64,000 bases of DNA from assembly GCA_018651605.1 (NCBI GenBank), contig JABIDS010000009.1, positions 19,966 through 83,965 of the forward strand, given 5' to 3'. The notes under the pieces are model-generated. The model had not been told where the DNA came from. It was given only the letters and a program-made list of their open reading frames with translations, and did not search any database. The position numbers were made by a program, and so were the translations under genes. The DNA comes from an archaeon. GTDB lineage: Archaea > Nanobdellota > Nanobdellia > Pacearchaeales > GW2011-AR1. Numbering within the stretch: position 1 is the first letter of the stretch; each line of letters starts with the position of its first letter. Shown here piece by piece: positions 54,175-63,146 of this stretch.

Positions 54175-54310
54175 TTTTTTAACATGGCAAAAAATTTAAG
54201 AAAAAACAAATTTTTTGAAATCTTAAAATTTCAAAAAGAAAAATTTTAACATGGAAAAAATTAAAATTTTTAGTATATTAAAATTCCAAGAGGAAGAATT
54301 TTAACATGGC
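54175..54310 (+). repeat. tandem triplication (~60-bp period) of the minD start region ttttaacATGGCAAAAA, creating two micro-ORFs (MAKNLRKNKFFEILKFQKEKF; MEKIKIFSILKFQEEEF)
   Basis: aattttaacatggcaaaaa at 54178, aattttaacatggaaaaaa at ~54243 and aattttaacatggcaaaaa at ~54297. Each micro-ORF stop TAA overlaps the next ATG context (ttTAAcATGg). Confidence 0.6.
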
Positions 54311-55082
54311 AAAAACATATGCAATTATATCTGGAAAAGGAGGAGTCGGAAAGACGACGACAACTGTGAACTTAGGTCATGCTTTGAATGAGCTTGGTGA
54401 AGATGTTGTTATTGTGGATGCTAATTTGACTACTCCTAATGTTGGGATTCATCTTGGGGCGCCGATTGTTCCTATAAATTTGAATCATGTTTTGGATGGA
54501 CAGGCAAAATTAGAGGATGCGATTTATGAGCATGAGTCTGGGACTAAAATAATTCCTGCGTCGCTTTCTTTGAATGAAACTGAAAAAATTGATTATCAAA
54601 GATTAATAGATATTTCTAAGGGATTAAAGAAGATTACTAATCATGTTTTGATTGATTCTGCTGCAGGTCTTGGTGAGGAAGCTAAGGCTTCTATTTATGC
54701 TTGTGATGAAATTATTCTTGTTACTAATCCTGAGATGTCTGCTGTTACTGATGCTTTGAAGACGATTAAATTAGCAGAGGAGATTGATAAGCCTGTTCTG
54801 GGAGTTATAATCACGAGGTATAGAGGTAATAGAGTTGATATGTCTATTCCTAATATTAAAGAGATGTTAGAGGTTCCTATTTTGGGGATTATTCCTGAAA
54901 CTGATGATGTTAAGGAGTCTCATGTTATGAAGAATGCTGTGATTCATACGCATCCTAGAAGTGAAGCTGCTCGAACTTATGTTAATAGTGCTAGAAAGAT
55001 TTTGGGTGAGGATATTAGGGTTGAGACTCCTTTGAAGTTGGGTGTTTTTGGAAAGATGATGAGAGGAATGGGGTTGAGATGA
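54306..55082 (+). CDS. minD: MinD/ParA-family P-loop ATPase
   Basis: Deviant Walker A IISGKGGVGKTTTTVNLG. 258 aa. Confidence 0.85.
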   Translation: MAKTYAIISGKGGVGKTTTTVNLGHALNELGEDVVIVDANLTTPNVGIHLGAPIVPINLNHVLDGQAKLEDAIYEHESGTKIIPASLSLNETEKIDYQRLIDISKGLKKITNHVLIDSAAGLGEEAKASIYACDEIILVTNPEMSAVTDALKTIKLAEEIDKPVLGVIITRYRGNRVDMSIPNIKEMLEVPILGIIPETDDVKESHVMKNAVIHTHPRSEAARTYVNSARKILGEDIRVETPLKLGVFGKMMRGMGLR

Positions 55083-55108
55083 GGGGATGGGGGTTGGGTT
55101 GAGATAAA

Positions 55109-55363
55109 ATGTTGAGAAAGTATAGGGCACAAATAGATAAGATTGATTCTAAAATTGTTAAATTATTGAGTCAGCGTGTGAAAGTTAGTTTAGAGGTTGG
55201 TAAATTGAAGAAGGATAAAGGTGTTAAGGTTGTTGATATGGCTCGTGAGAGAGAGGTTTTTGATAAAGTTGTTAAAGAAGGGATTAAGATGGGGTTGGGG
55301 GAAAATTATATAAAGAAAGTTTTTAAGATGATAATAAGAGATTCTCGGAGGAATCAGAAATAA
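55109..55363 (+). CDS. chorismate mutase (AroQ-type), 84 aa
   Basis: LRKYRAQIDKIDSKIVKLLSQRVKVSLEVGKLKKDKG…DMAREREVF matches the AroQ pattern (LR..ID.ID..I..LL..R…..IG..K…….D..RE..V). Confidence 0.55.
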   Translation: MLRKYRAQIDKIDSKIVKLLSQRVKVSLEVGKLKKDKGVKVVDMAREREVFDKVVKEGIKMGLGENYIKKVFKMIIRDSRRNQK

Positions 55364-55695
55364 TGGATAATGTAAAATTTGAAGATTGGATGAAGCTTGA
55401 TTTGAGGGTAGCGGAGATTTTGGAGGCTGATGAAGTTGAGGGTGCTGATAAGTTGGTTAAATTAAAAGTTGATATGGGGACTGAAAGTCGTGTTTTGATG
55501 GCTGGTTTGAAGAAACATTATAGTAAAGATGATTTGATTGGAAAGAGAGTTATTGTTTTTGCTAATTTGGAGCCGAGGGTGATTAGAGGTGTTGAGTCGA
55601 AAGGAATGGTTTTGGCTGCTGTTAATGATGATGGTAGTGAGGTTAAGTTGTTGAGTCCTAGTGGGGCGGTGGATTTGGGAAGTAGAGTTAGTTAG
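55363..55695 (+). CDS. standalone tRNA-binding protein (Trbp111/CsaA/EMAPII-like OB fold)
   Basis: DLRVAEILEADEVEGADKLVKLKVDMGTESRVLMAGL…GKRVIVFANLEPRVIRGVESKGMVLAA matches the MetRS C-terminal / Trbp111 domain. Confidence 0.75.
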   Translation: MDNVKFEDWMKLDLRVAEILEADEVEGADKLVKLKVDMGTESRVLMAGLKKHYSKDDLIGKRVIVFANLEPRVIRGVESKGMVLAAVNDDGSEVKLLSPSGAVDLGSRVS

Positions 55696-55714
55696 AAAGA
55701 TTTAATAATGCTTT

Positions 55715-56332
55715 TTGTTTGTATTTGTTAAGATGAATATTAAAAAAGGTGAGTGGTTATTGATTTTATTTAATTTTATTTATGTAATTAGTTTTTTGAT
55801 TTATTATATTAAGATTGAGAATTATGAGTTTCTCTCCTATATTTTTATTATGTTGGTTTTGTTTTCTGTTATTGCTTTGACATTAAAAAAGACTGGTTTT
55901 AATTATTTTGTTTTGTGGGGTCTGTCTATTTGGGGTTTGTTGCATATGGCAGGAGGAAGTTTAAAAGTAGGTAATGAGGTTTTGTATGCATTTAGAATTA
56001 TTCCTATTTGGGTTACTGAGAATTTTTATGTTTTAAGATTTGATCAGTTTGTGCATTTTTATTTGTATTTTGTGATGGTTTTTGTAATTTGGGGATTGTT
56101 GAAGAAAGAGTTGAAAGTTGAAGGGTGGAATAAGTTTGTTGTTTATGCTTTGATTTGTTTAGGTAGTATTGGTATTGGTGGTTTGAATGAAGTTATAGAA
56201 TTTATTATGGTTTTGGTTTTGGCTGAGACAGGTGTTGGAGGATATTATAATACTGCGTGGGATATTGTGTTTAATACTTTGGGGGCTTTATTGGGTGTTT
56301 TGGTTTTGATGTTTGTGAATAGGAAGCGATGA
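55715..56332 (+). CDS. hypothetical polytopic membrane protein
   Basis: 205 aa with ≥5 hydrophobic helices. Confidence 0.5.
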   Translation: MFVFVKMNIKKGEWLLILFNFIYVISFLIYYIKIENYEFLSYIFIMLVLFSVIALTLKKTGFNYFVLWGLSIWGLLHMAGGSLKVGNEVLYAFRIIPIWVTENFYVLRFDQFVHFYLYFVMVFVIWGLLKKELKVEGWNKFVVYALICLGSIGIGGLNEVIEFIMVLVLAETGVGGYYNTAWDIVFNTLGALLGVLVLMFVNRKR

Positions 56333-56344
56333 TTTTCTGTATTT

Positions 56345-56630
56345 CCCTCCCCACGAAAATCCGTTCCTTGCGTCACTTTCCCATTTTCTTCCTTTTGTTT
56401 TGGTAAGTTGTTAGAAGGTTTATTTTTTCAGAGGAGTTTTTCTTTTTGGTTTCGTTTGAGTGCTAAGTTGGTTTTGTGTAGATTTTAAAAGTTGGGAGAT
56501 TTTAAGAAAATTGGGTTAACGAAGTTTCCTAATTTGACATAAAATAAGTTATGAGCGGAGCGAATGAAACTATGGGAGAAGGATAAGTGAGTGAAGCGAA
56601 TGAATCTAAGCGAGCGGAGCGAGCGTTGAA
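56345..56630 (+). repeat. interspersed repeat family A, copy 3
   Basis: Shares cacGAAAAtccg; CACTTTCCCaTTttcttCC; ttggtaagTTGTTAGAAGGTTTATTTTTTCAGAGGAGTTTTTC; gttttgtgtagatttt…gggagatt; ATAAAATAAGTTATGAGCGGAGCG; GAATGAATCTAAGCGAGCG with copy 1, in the same order. Confidence 0.7.
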
Positions 56631-56644
56631 CTATTAATTTTTAT

Positions 56645-56690
56645 TGATTCCCCCTCATCCCCCCAATCTAAATCGGGGTTTGTTAATATT
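56645..56690 (+). repeat. diverged duplicate of the dGTPase gene 3' end (direct repeat with 57346-57395)
   Basis: ttgattccccctcatccccccaatctaaatcggggtttgt vs ttgattccctttcatcagcccaatctaaatcaggatttgt. On the minus strand it encodes …NPDLDWGDEGES vs genuine …NPDLDWADERES. Confidence 0.65.
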
Positions 56691-56749
56691 ATCATTACTA
56701 AGTAGTAACTTATAGATAAATTTATAAAGCCTATAATTGTCATAATTTT

Positions 56750-57298
56750 ATGACAAAGAATTATTTTGATAGGTCTCAAGAAGTAAGAAGAGAGATAGAA
56801 TCTTCTCCAAGGATAATGGAAATTTTGAAAAATCATCTTACAGGTATAAAAAAATCTAAATTTATTAGTGGGGGTATGCATCATAGGATTTATCGTATAG
56901 GATGTTTAGAGAGTGGTTTAGGAATAGCAATGAGACATAATCTTTCTGCAGGAAGTAGAGGGATAATTACTAAAGGTATTTTAAGTGGATATGAATCTTA
57001 TGCGATAGATGCAGAAAATTATGAGTTTGAAGGTAAAAGAGTCTCACAATTTTGTGTTGGTGTTGCAAATATTAAAAATGAAATAAGAAATCCTAGTGGA
57101 TTTCAGGGATATATTGGAAATGCAGGCTTATTAGTAGAAGATTTTACAAATGGTGGAACAAGAGAATTAGAAATTAGTACTGCTGATGAATTATGGGCAA
57201 GTAATCCTAGGGAATTAATTCATGTAGACTTAGGTAGTGATTTTGCAGACTTGGATGATTTTCAATATATGGCAGATTCTAATATGATTTTATTATAA
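56750..57298 (+). CDS. hypothetical protein (182 aa) on a putative small insertion flanked by dGTPase 3'-end direct repeats
   Basis: ORF with composition unlike native genes. Bracketed by the ~45-bp direct repeats at 56645 and 57346. Confidence 0.45.
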   Translation: MTKNYFDRSQEVRREIESSPRIMEILKNHLTGIKKSKFISGGMHHRIYRIGCLESGLGIAMRHNLSAGSRGIITKGILSGYESYAIDAENYEFEGKRVSQFCVGVANIKNEIRNPSGFQGYIGNAGLLVEDFTNGGTRELEISTADELWASNPRELIHVDLGSDFADLDDFQYMADSNMILL

Positions 57299-57332
57299 TT
57301 GTGAATGAAAGATATTTAATAATTCATTTAAC

Positions 57333-58373
57333 TTATTTTATCTCTTTTGATTCCCTTTCATCAGCCCAATCTAAATCAGGATTTGTGATATCTATATTTT
57401 TGTTTTTTAGAATGGCTATTGAATCTGAGAAACCAAATCCTTTTATGTCCTGCATTGTGCATTTTCCTTTTTCGTTTATTGCTCTTCCTAATATGTCGAC
57501 TTGTTTGTCGGTTAGCATGAGGAATGCGGCTTCAGGTGTGGCGTGTTTGAATTTTGGTTCTGTTGAAAGGAATTCGTAAGCTTTTTCTAGGATTACTTTT
57601 TTTATGCTGTGGTCAATTGCTTTGTAGACTTTTTTGTAGAGGAATGTTCTTGTTTTTTTGAAATTTTGATATATTGGACTATCTTTGAATTCTACTCTTT
57701 GTTTTAATTTGCTTTCTTGGATTAAGGCTTGTAGAACTTTGTAGGTTCTTTGGTCTTGGTTTTGTCCTAGTGATGTTATGAAGTCTGGGAGGTCTTGAGG
57801 GTTAAGAAATTTGTATCTCATTGCATCGTTGAGGTCTGAAAATGTGTATGCTATTTTGTCTGCAAACATTACTGCAGAGTATTCGTTTGGTAAGTTTGGG
57901 TCTGTATGTAAGTCTATTGAGTTTGTTCTTGAATGGTGGAGAATTCCTTGAAGTGTTTCAAAAGTTAAGTTTAATCCTTTTCCATGGTCTTTTTCTAAAT
58001 GTTGTGCAACTACTACGCTTCCTATTGGGTGATTGAAAGGTTTGTTTAGGATTTTTGTTAGCATTTCTTCTCCTAAGTGTCCGTAAGGTGTGTGTCCTAT
58101 GTCATGGGCTGCTGATATTGCTTGGCATAGAGAGGTGTTGAGGTTTAAGTGTTCTGAGATAGTTGTTGCAATTGCCAGTACTTCTCCTGTGTGGGTTAAT
58201 CTTGTTCTTGTGTAGACGTTTCTTGGGAGGCTGATGACTTGTGTTTTATCTGCTAAACGTCGGTATGATTTACAATGTAAGATTCTTGTGAAGTCTTCTA
58301 AGAAGGGGTCTTTGATTTTTATTGGGTAGGATTCGGGGTGGCGTCGGCCTTTTGTGTGAGTGAGTTTTTTCAT
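57333..58373 (-). CDS. HD-domain dGTP triphosphohydrolase-like protein
   Basis: HD motif AAHDIGHTPYGHLGEE typical of the dGTPase (Dgt) family. 346 aa. Confidence 0.75.
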   Translation of the reverse strand: MKKLTHTKGRRHPESYPIKIKDPFLEDFTRILHCKSYRRLADKTQVISLPRNVYTRTRLTHTGEVLAIATTISEHLNLNTSLCQAISAAHDIGHTPYGHLGEEMLTKILNKPFNHPIGSVVVAQHLEKDHGKGLNLTFETLQGILHHSRTNSIDLHTDPNLPNEYSAVMFADKIAYTFSDLNDAMRYKFLNPQDLPDFITSLGQNQDQRTYKVLQALIQESKLKQRVEFKDSPIYQNFKKTRTFLYKKVYKAIDHSIKKVILEKAYEFLSTEPKFKHATPEAAFLMLTDKQVDILGRAINEKGKCTMQDIKGFGFSDSIAILKNKNIDITNPDLDWADERESKEIK

Positions 58374-58439
58374 GAAGGTTAGAAGTTGGATTATTTTTTA
58401 AAGAAATGTGTGATGAGGTTATAACTTATGTTTAAGATT

Positions 58440-59852
58440 TTATATTTTCTTAAACAAAATCTCGGATTTCTTAATTGATTTTATTTTAATTGGTTTTTCT
58501 ATTTGGTCTAAGCTTAGTTTAAAGTTTAGTTGTTTTGCTATTTTTTCTGACGTTTCTGGAATGAATGGGTAAAGTATGATTGTTATTGCTTTTATTGAGT
58601 CTATTAGTTCATAGAGAATTTTTTGGTCTTTTGTTTCCCATGGTTTCTTTTTTTGGATGTATTCATTGCAGATGTCTATGAAAGTGAAGATTTCATTTAG
58701 GGCTTTGTCTAATTCGTAGTTATCTATTAGTTTTATTATATTTTTTAGTTTTAGTTTTTTTAGGAGTGTGTTTTCAGTTTGTGTTGGTTTGTATTTTTCT
58801 GCTAATGCTGTTGTTCTGCTTATTAGGTTTCCTAATTTGTTTGCAAGTTCGTTGTTATGTCTGTCTATTAAGATCTCTTCTGAATAGTCTGAGTCTTCGA
58901 ATATTGAACATCTTAATAATGAGTATCGAACTGTGTCTGAGGAGTATTTCTCTGCGAGTTCTATTGGGTCAATTATATTTCCTAATGATTTAGACATTTT
59001 TTTTCCTTTGATGTTTAAGTATCCGTGGACTAAGAGTTTTTTTGGTAGAGGGTAGTTTAGGGAGAGTAGCATTCCAGGCCAGATTACTGAATGGAACCAG
59101 TTTATTCCTTTCCCGATTACATGAATGTCTGCAGGCCAGTTGCTTTCTGCTCCAGAGATATAATTAATTAGTGCGTCGAACCAAACATATATTTTGAATT
59201 CTTTGTCTATTGGATTGTCTATTCCCCAAGTGAGGTTTGTTCGTGAGACACATAAGTCTCTTAATTCTTCGTTTTCTAATCTTGATAGGATTTCGTTTTT
59301 TCTTTTTTCTGGGACTATGTATGTTTTTATGAATTTTATTATCTGTTTTTGGTATTTGCTTAGTTTGAAGAAATATGCGTCTTCTGAAATGTGTTCTGGA
59401 GCTTTATTGTGTTCTGGGCATTTTCCATCTACTAGTTCTTTTTCTGTTATGAAAGATTCGCAACCTAAGCAGTAGTTTCCTTCGTATTTTCCTTTATAGA
59501 TTTCTCCTTTGTCGTAAACTGCTTTAAAGATTTCTTGCGATTTGTTTTTGTGTTCTTTTTCTGTTGTTCTTATGAATCTTGAGTAATTTATGTTTAGTTT
59601 TTTGCAAAGTTCTATGAAAACTTTTGAGTTTTTGTCTACGAATTTTTGTGTTTCTATGTTTGCTTCTTTTGCAGCTTCTGCGTTTTTTTGTGCGTTTTCG
59701 TCTGTTCCTGTTAAGAAAAATGATGGGTTTGAGTTTAGTTGTTGGTATCTGTTTAGGGCGTCTGCTATAACTTTTTCAAAGGCGTGTCCGATATGTGGTT
59801 TGCCGTTGACATAATCTATTGCAGTTGTAATGTAAAATTTTTTGGGTTTCAT
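58440..59852 (-). CDS. metG: methionyl-tRNA synthetase (core only, no C-terminal tRNA-binding domain)
   Basis: FYITTAIDYVNGKPHIGHA. Zinc knuckle CLGCE…CPEHN. KMSKS as GKKMSKSLGN. 470 aa. Confidence 0.9.
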   Translation of the reverse strand: MKPKKFYITTAIDYVNGKPHIGHAFEKVIADALNRYQQLNSNPSFFLTGTDENAQKNAEAAKEANIETQKFVDKNSKVFIELCKKLNINYSRFIRTTEKEHKNKSQEIFKAVYDKGEIYKGKYEGNYCLGCESFITEKELVDGKCPEHNKAPEHISEDAYFFKLSKYQKQIIKFIKTYIVPEKRKNEILSRLENEELRDLCVSRTNLTWGIDNPIDKEFKIYVWFDALINYISGAESNWPADIHVIGKGINWFHSVIWPGMLLSLNYPLPKKLLVHGYLNIKGKKMSKSLGNIIDPIELAEKYSSDTVRYSLLRCSIFEDSDYSEEILIDRHNNELANKLGNLISRTTALAEKYKPTQTENTLLKKLKLKNIIKLIDNYELDKALNEIFTFIDICNEYIQKKKPWETKDQKILYELIDSIKAITIILYPFIPETSEKIAKQLNFKLSLDQIEKPIKIKSIKKSEILFKKI

Positions 59853-59899
59853 GTATGGGGGAGAAGTTAGAAGTATAAAAATTTAATTGTTTGTGGAAG

Positions 59900-60271
59900 T
59901 TATTTATTTTCTTCATACATTCTTGCAACGTAATCTTCAATATATCCTCTTTCTCTTTCATAAAGTTTTTTATCTCTAATAATTAGTTTTCCTAATTTTT
60001 CTAATTCTAACATGCTTGGTTTTATTTGAGTTTCATATGTTTCAAATAAATATCTAAATTTTGTTCCTTGGACTGTTCCTTTTTGGGTTCTAGTCTGAGT
60101 TAATGGTCCAAATTCTCCTAAGGGTTCTAAAATCCTGTCTATGATTCCTCTTCTGCATCTATCATCAACTGCAATAATATGATACTTTAACTTGGGGTTA
60201 TCACTCATATCTTCTGTTTCTGGAGATTTTTCCCAATTCCAACGAACATGTCTTTGGTCTCTATAACCCAT
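59900..60271 (-). CDS. hypothetical protein
   Basis: 123-aa ORF with native composition. Confidence 0.45.
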   Translation of the reverse strand: MGYRDQRHVRWNWEKSPETEDMSDNPKLKYHIIAVDDRCRRGIIDRILEPLGEFGPLTQTRTQKGTVQGTKFRYLFETYETQIKPSMLELEKLGKLIIRDKKLYERERGYIEDYVARMYEENK

Positions 60272-60317
60272 AGGGATTTTAGAATTATTGGGTATATAAG
60301 GTTAACTCTTTTAGGTT

Positions 60318-60905
60318 TTATTTCTTATTTATCGCTTTAATCCCAAATAGAAAATAAATAAAGGAGCCGATCATACCTAAAGTTAAATCTATCATTGTGT
60401 CGTCAATTGGTGAGAGTAAAACCTGTCCTCCGAGTTTTCCTCCGGTTCCTCTTACATAATTTCCTTGAAGTCCCCATTTGAATATTAGATCTCCAAAATA
60501 TTCTATTATTTCAAATATTGCGAATGATGCTAAGACTATAAAGAATGTTAGGTACAGGGCATGTAGTTTTTTTATTTTTAATTTTGATACTATAAAGAAA
60601 ACTATAGAAGATAGAAGAATTGGGTGGAAGAAGTGAAGGATTTTGTCGTAGTGCATTGCCGCACTTATTATTGGAACTACTATTGTTGGGCCTGTTAATA
60701 CAATTGTTATCATAATTATGTATTGTTTTTTCTTGAATTTTATATTGAAGAGATTGTCGAAGACGTAGAAACCGTAGAGGAGGATTACAGAGTAATAGAG
60801 GCTTAGGGCGAATGGAGATGGGTTGATTATTTTTGAAAGAAGTCCTGCTAGAATTAAAATTGTTATTAGTGTTAGGTGGAGGTATTTGTTGAATTGTTGT
60901 TTCAT
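60318..60905 (-). CDS. hypothetical polytopic membrane protein
   Basis: 195 aa, ≥5 hydrophobic helices. Confidence 0.5.
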   Translation of the reverse strand: MKQQFNKYLHLTLITILILAGLLSKIINPSPFALSLYYSVILLYGFYVFDNLFNIKFKKKQYIIMITIVLTGPTIVVPIISAAMHYDKILHFFHPILLSSIVFFIVSKLKIKKLHALYLTFFIVLASFAIFEIIEYFGDLIFKWGLQGNYVRGTGGKLGGQVLLSPIDDTMIDLTLGMIGSFIYFLFGIKAINKK

Positions 60906-60963
60906 GGTTGTTATAAGTTGAGTGAGTTAATAAATTTAACTTTTAAGAAATATTTATATAATA

Positions 60964-61425
60964 TTGTTTGTTGATTATTTTATGGTGAATAAAAAGATTA
61001 TTGGAGGGATTTTTATTTTTGTAGGGTTGTTGGTGATTATTTTGCAACCACTGGTTGGAATAACTGGAGCAGTTGTTGGTTCGGCTGTTAGTATTGAGAT
61101 AAATTTTATGATTGGTTTGGTTGTATTGGTTTTAGGAATTGTTTTGTATGCTACGGGATTGCAAGAGTTAATTAAATCGGATTCTGATATTAAGGATTTT
61201 GGAGTGACAAGAGAATTTAAGAGGGCTACAAAGGGAATGGATAAGAAAATTATTAGAAGAGCTGTTAAAAAAATAGGGACTGGGTTGGGACATGAAAAAC
61301 ATCGAATGTATGGAGATGAAAATTTTTCTGTAAGGGTGGATAAGGGTGGAAGAATTTTTTATCAAATTATGCCAAATGGTTCTATTCTTTTAAATGAGTA
61401 TGTTCCTCCTTCAAGGCATCACTAA
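60964..61425 (+). CDS. hypothetical membrane protein (2 N-terminal TM helices)
   Basis: 153-aa ORF. Confidence 0.45.
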   Translation: MFVDYFMVNKKIIGGIFIFVGLLVIILQPLVGITGAVVGSAVSIEINFMIGLVVLVLGIVLYATGLQELIKSDSDIKDFGVTREFKRATKGMDKKIIRRAVKKIGTGLGHEKHRMYGDENFSVRVDKGGRIFYQIMPNGSILLNEYVPPSRHH

Positions 61426-61465
61426 TAGATTAAAAATAAAAAAATAAAAAAATAAAAATTGGGGA

Positions 61466-61606
61466 TTACATTAACCAAAAGTAAAGTCCTGCTAATACTG
61501 CGATAACTACTATTGCAATAATTATCCATTTCATTTTAGAACTTTTTTGTGGAACTTCTTTACCTTTTCCAACTGCTGGTTTATTCATTTCTGCTTGTTG
61601 TGCCAT
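61466..61606 (-). CDS. possible small single-TM protein (46 aa; MAQQAEMNKPAVGKGKEVPQKSSKMKWIIIAIVVIAVLAGLYFWLM)
   Basis: ATG preceded by GGAGGT with a 5-nt spacer. C-terminal TM helix. Below the ORF-track cutoff. Confidence 0.35.
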   Translation of the reverse strand: MAQQAEMNKPAVGKGKEVPQKSSKMKWIIIAIVVIAVLAGLYFWLM

Positions 61607-61636
61607 TTTAACCTCCTTTTTTTGTTTATTGTTAAT

Positions 61637-62296
61637 TTAATTTATTGCAAGTTCTTTTTTAACTTTCTTAGCATATTTAGATGCGAGGTGGATTGGTTCT
61701 GGGCGTTTGTGAGGTAACTTAATAGTTTCCTTGGATAATTTATATGCATTTGATATGCTGATTAAATTTCCTGGGCTGACAAACATTGGATTGCTTTCTT
61801 TTTTACTTTTTAAAATTTTTCCTACTTTTTTATTTTCTTTAATTATATCTTTTCCTTTTATTTCTGTGTCAAATATAGAATTACTTACCCCTATTGTTGG
61901 GATTCCAGTAGATAAACCAAAGTGGCTTGCTAATCCTAATCTTGGATGTGCGATTCCGTGTCCTTGTATGAAAACAACATCTGGTTTTTCATTTAATTTG
62001 TTAAATGCAGTTATCATAGGTTCTAATTCTCTGTAATTTCTGAAACCTGCGAGGTAGGGGAATCTTATTTTTTCTAAAACATAGGCTCTATCAATTATTT
62101 CAAATTCTTTGTCACAAACAATTGCACAAGAAAGTATTTTTTTCCCTATGAAAATGTTGTCTATTGCTCCGTAAGACTCAACTAATGAGAAATCTATTTT
62201 ATTTTTTAGTTCTATACCTTTTGCTAGTTTTAGTTGTTCGGATTTTAGGACTTCTAAATCTATGCCGTACCGATTTAATAATTCTTCTTGCTCCAT
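61637..62296 (-). CDS. nfi: endonuclease V (deoxyinosine 3'-endonuclease)
   Basis: FPYLAGFRNYRE…PDVVFIQGHGIAHPRLGLASHFGLSTGIPTIGVSNS matches the EndoV catalytic core. Confidence 0.8.
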   Translation of the reverse strand: MEQEELLNRYGIDLEVLKSEQLKLAKGIELKNKIDFSLVESYGAIDNIFIGKKILSCAIVCDKEFEIIDRAYVLEKIRFPYLAGFRNYRELEPMITAFNKLNEKPDVVFIQGHGIAHPRLGLASHFGLSTGIPTIGVSNSIFDTEIKGKDIIKENKKVGKILKSKKESNPMFVSPGNLISISNAYKLSKETIKLPHKRPEPIHLASKYAKKVKKELAIN

Positions 62297-62371
62297 TCTC
62301 TTTTTATTTAATAAGAATTTGTTTATTAAAAAGGTTTTGTTTTAAATACAAACATTTAAATCCCTAAAAAA

Positions 62372-63031
62372 TTGTTTATAATTATGTTTGATAAGAAATG
62401 TTCTAAATGTGATAGTAAGATTAAGGGCGATTATGATTTTTGTCCTTTTTGTGGTTGTAATTTGAAATCTGAGTTTCATAAGGATGATTATGGGTTGTTG
62501 GGGCGGAGTGATGTTGTTGAGCCAAAACCGGAGGATTTGTTGAGTGGTTTGGGTAATTTGTCTATTGGGAAGATTTTGAAGGGTGCGATGAAAGAGTTGC
62601 CTTCTATGATGAAAATGCTTGAAAAGCAGATGGGTGATATGAATAATAATTCTAAGGGTAAGGGGAATGGTTTGAATGTTCAGTTTTTTGTTGATGGTAA
62701 GAAAGTTAATCCTATGAAGAATCAGAAACTTAAGAGTGTGAAGAGATTGCCTCAGGAGTTGTCGAAGGAAAAATTGAAGATGTTGTCTGAATTTCCAAAG
62801 GTTGAGCCAAAGTCTGAGGTTCGGAGATTGTCTGGGAGAATTATTTATAATATTTCTGTTCCAGGAGTTAGGGATATTAATGATATTTTTATAAACCAAT
62901 TGGAGAATTCTGTTGAGGTGAAAGCTCTTGGAGAGGATAAGGTTTATTCGAAGATTTTGAAATTGAATTTGCCTGTTAAGGGATATGATTTGATTAATGG
63001 GAATTTGGTTTTGGAATTTGGAGAGAGGTAA
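62372..63031 (+). CDS. zinc-ribbon protein with possible C-terminal Hsp20/alpha-crystallin-like domain
   Basis: N-terminal CSKCDSK…CPFCGC. C-terminal region (…IIYNISVPGVRDINDIFINQLENSVEVKAL…KLNLPVKGYDLINGNLVLEF) resembles an ACD beta-sandwich. Weak. Confidence 0.45.
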   Translation: MFIIMFDKKCSKCDSKIKGDYDFCPFCGCNLKSEFHKDDYGLLGRSDVVEPKPEDLLSGLGNLSIGKILKGAMKELPSMMKMLEKQMGDMNNNSKGKGNGLNVQFFVDGKKVNPMKNQKLKSVKRLPQELSKEKLKMLSEFPKVEPKSEVRRLSGRIIYNISVPGVRDINDIFINQLENSVEVKALGEDKVYSKILKLNLPVKGYDLINGNLVLEFGER

Positions 63032-63071
63032 AATACAAAGACTTATAAATTGAATTAGATAATAATTTTTA

Positions 63072-63146
63072 TGAGCCTGTAGCTCAGCCAGGTTAGAGCA
63101 CTACTCTGATAAGGTAGGGGTCCCAAGTTCAAATCTTGGCAGGCTC
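63072..63146 (+). tRNA. tRNA-Ile (anticodon GAT), 75 nt
   Basis: Acceptor GAGCCTG/CAGGCTC; D arm GCTC-AGCCAGGTTA-GAGC; anticodon arm CTACT-CTGATAA-GGTAG; T arm CCAAG-TTCAAAT-CTTGG; discriminator A. Confidence 0.85.

Noticed and set aside
56606-56884. 92-aa ORF on the minus strand
   Set aside because: It is the read-through of a duplicated dGTPase 3'-end fragment into repeat and intergenic sequence. No independent support as a gene.
59776-59961. 61-aa ORF overlapping the metG start region
   Set aside because: Overlaps the well-supported metG N-terminus and its upstream region. No motifs.
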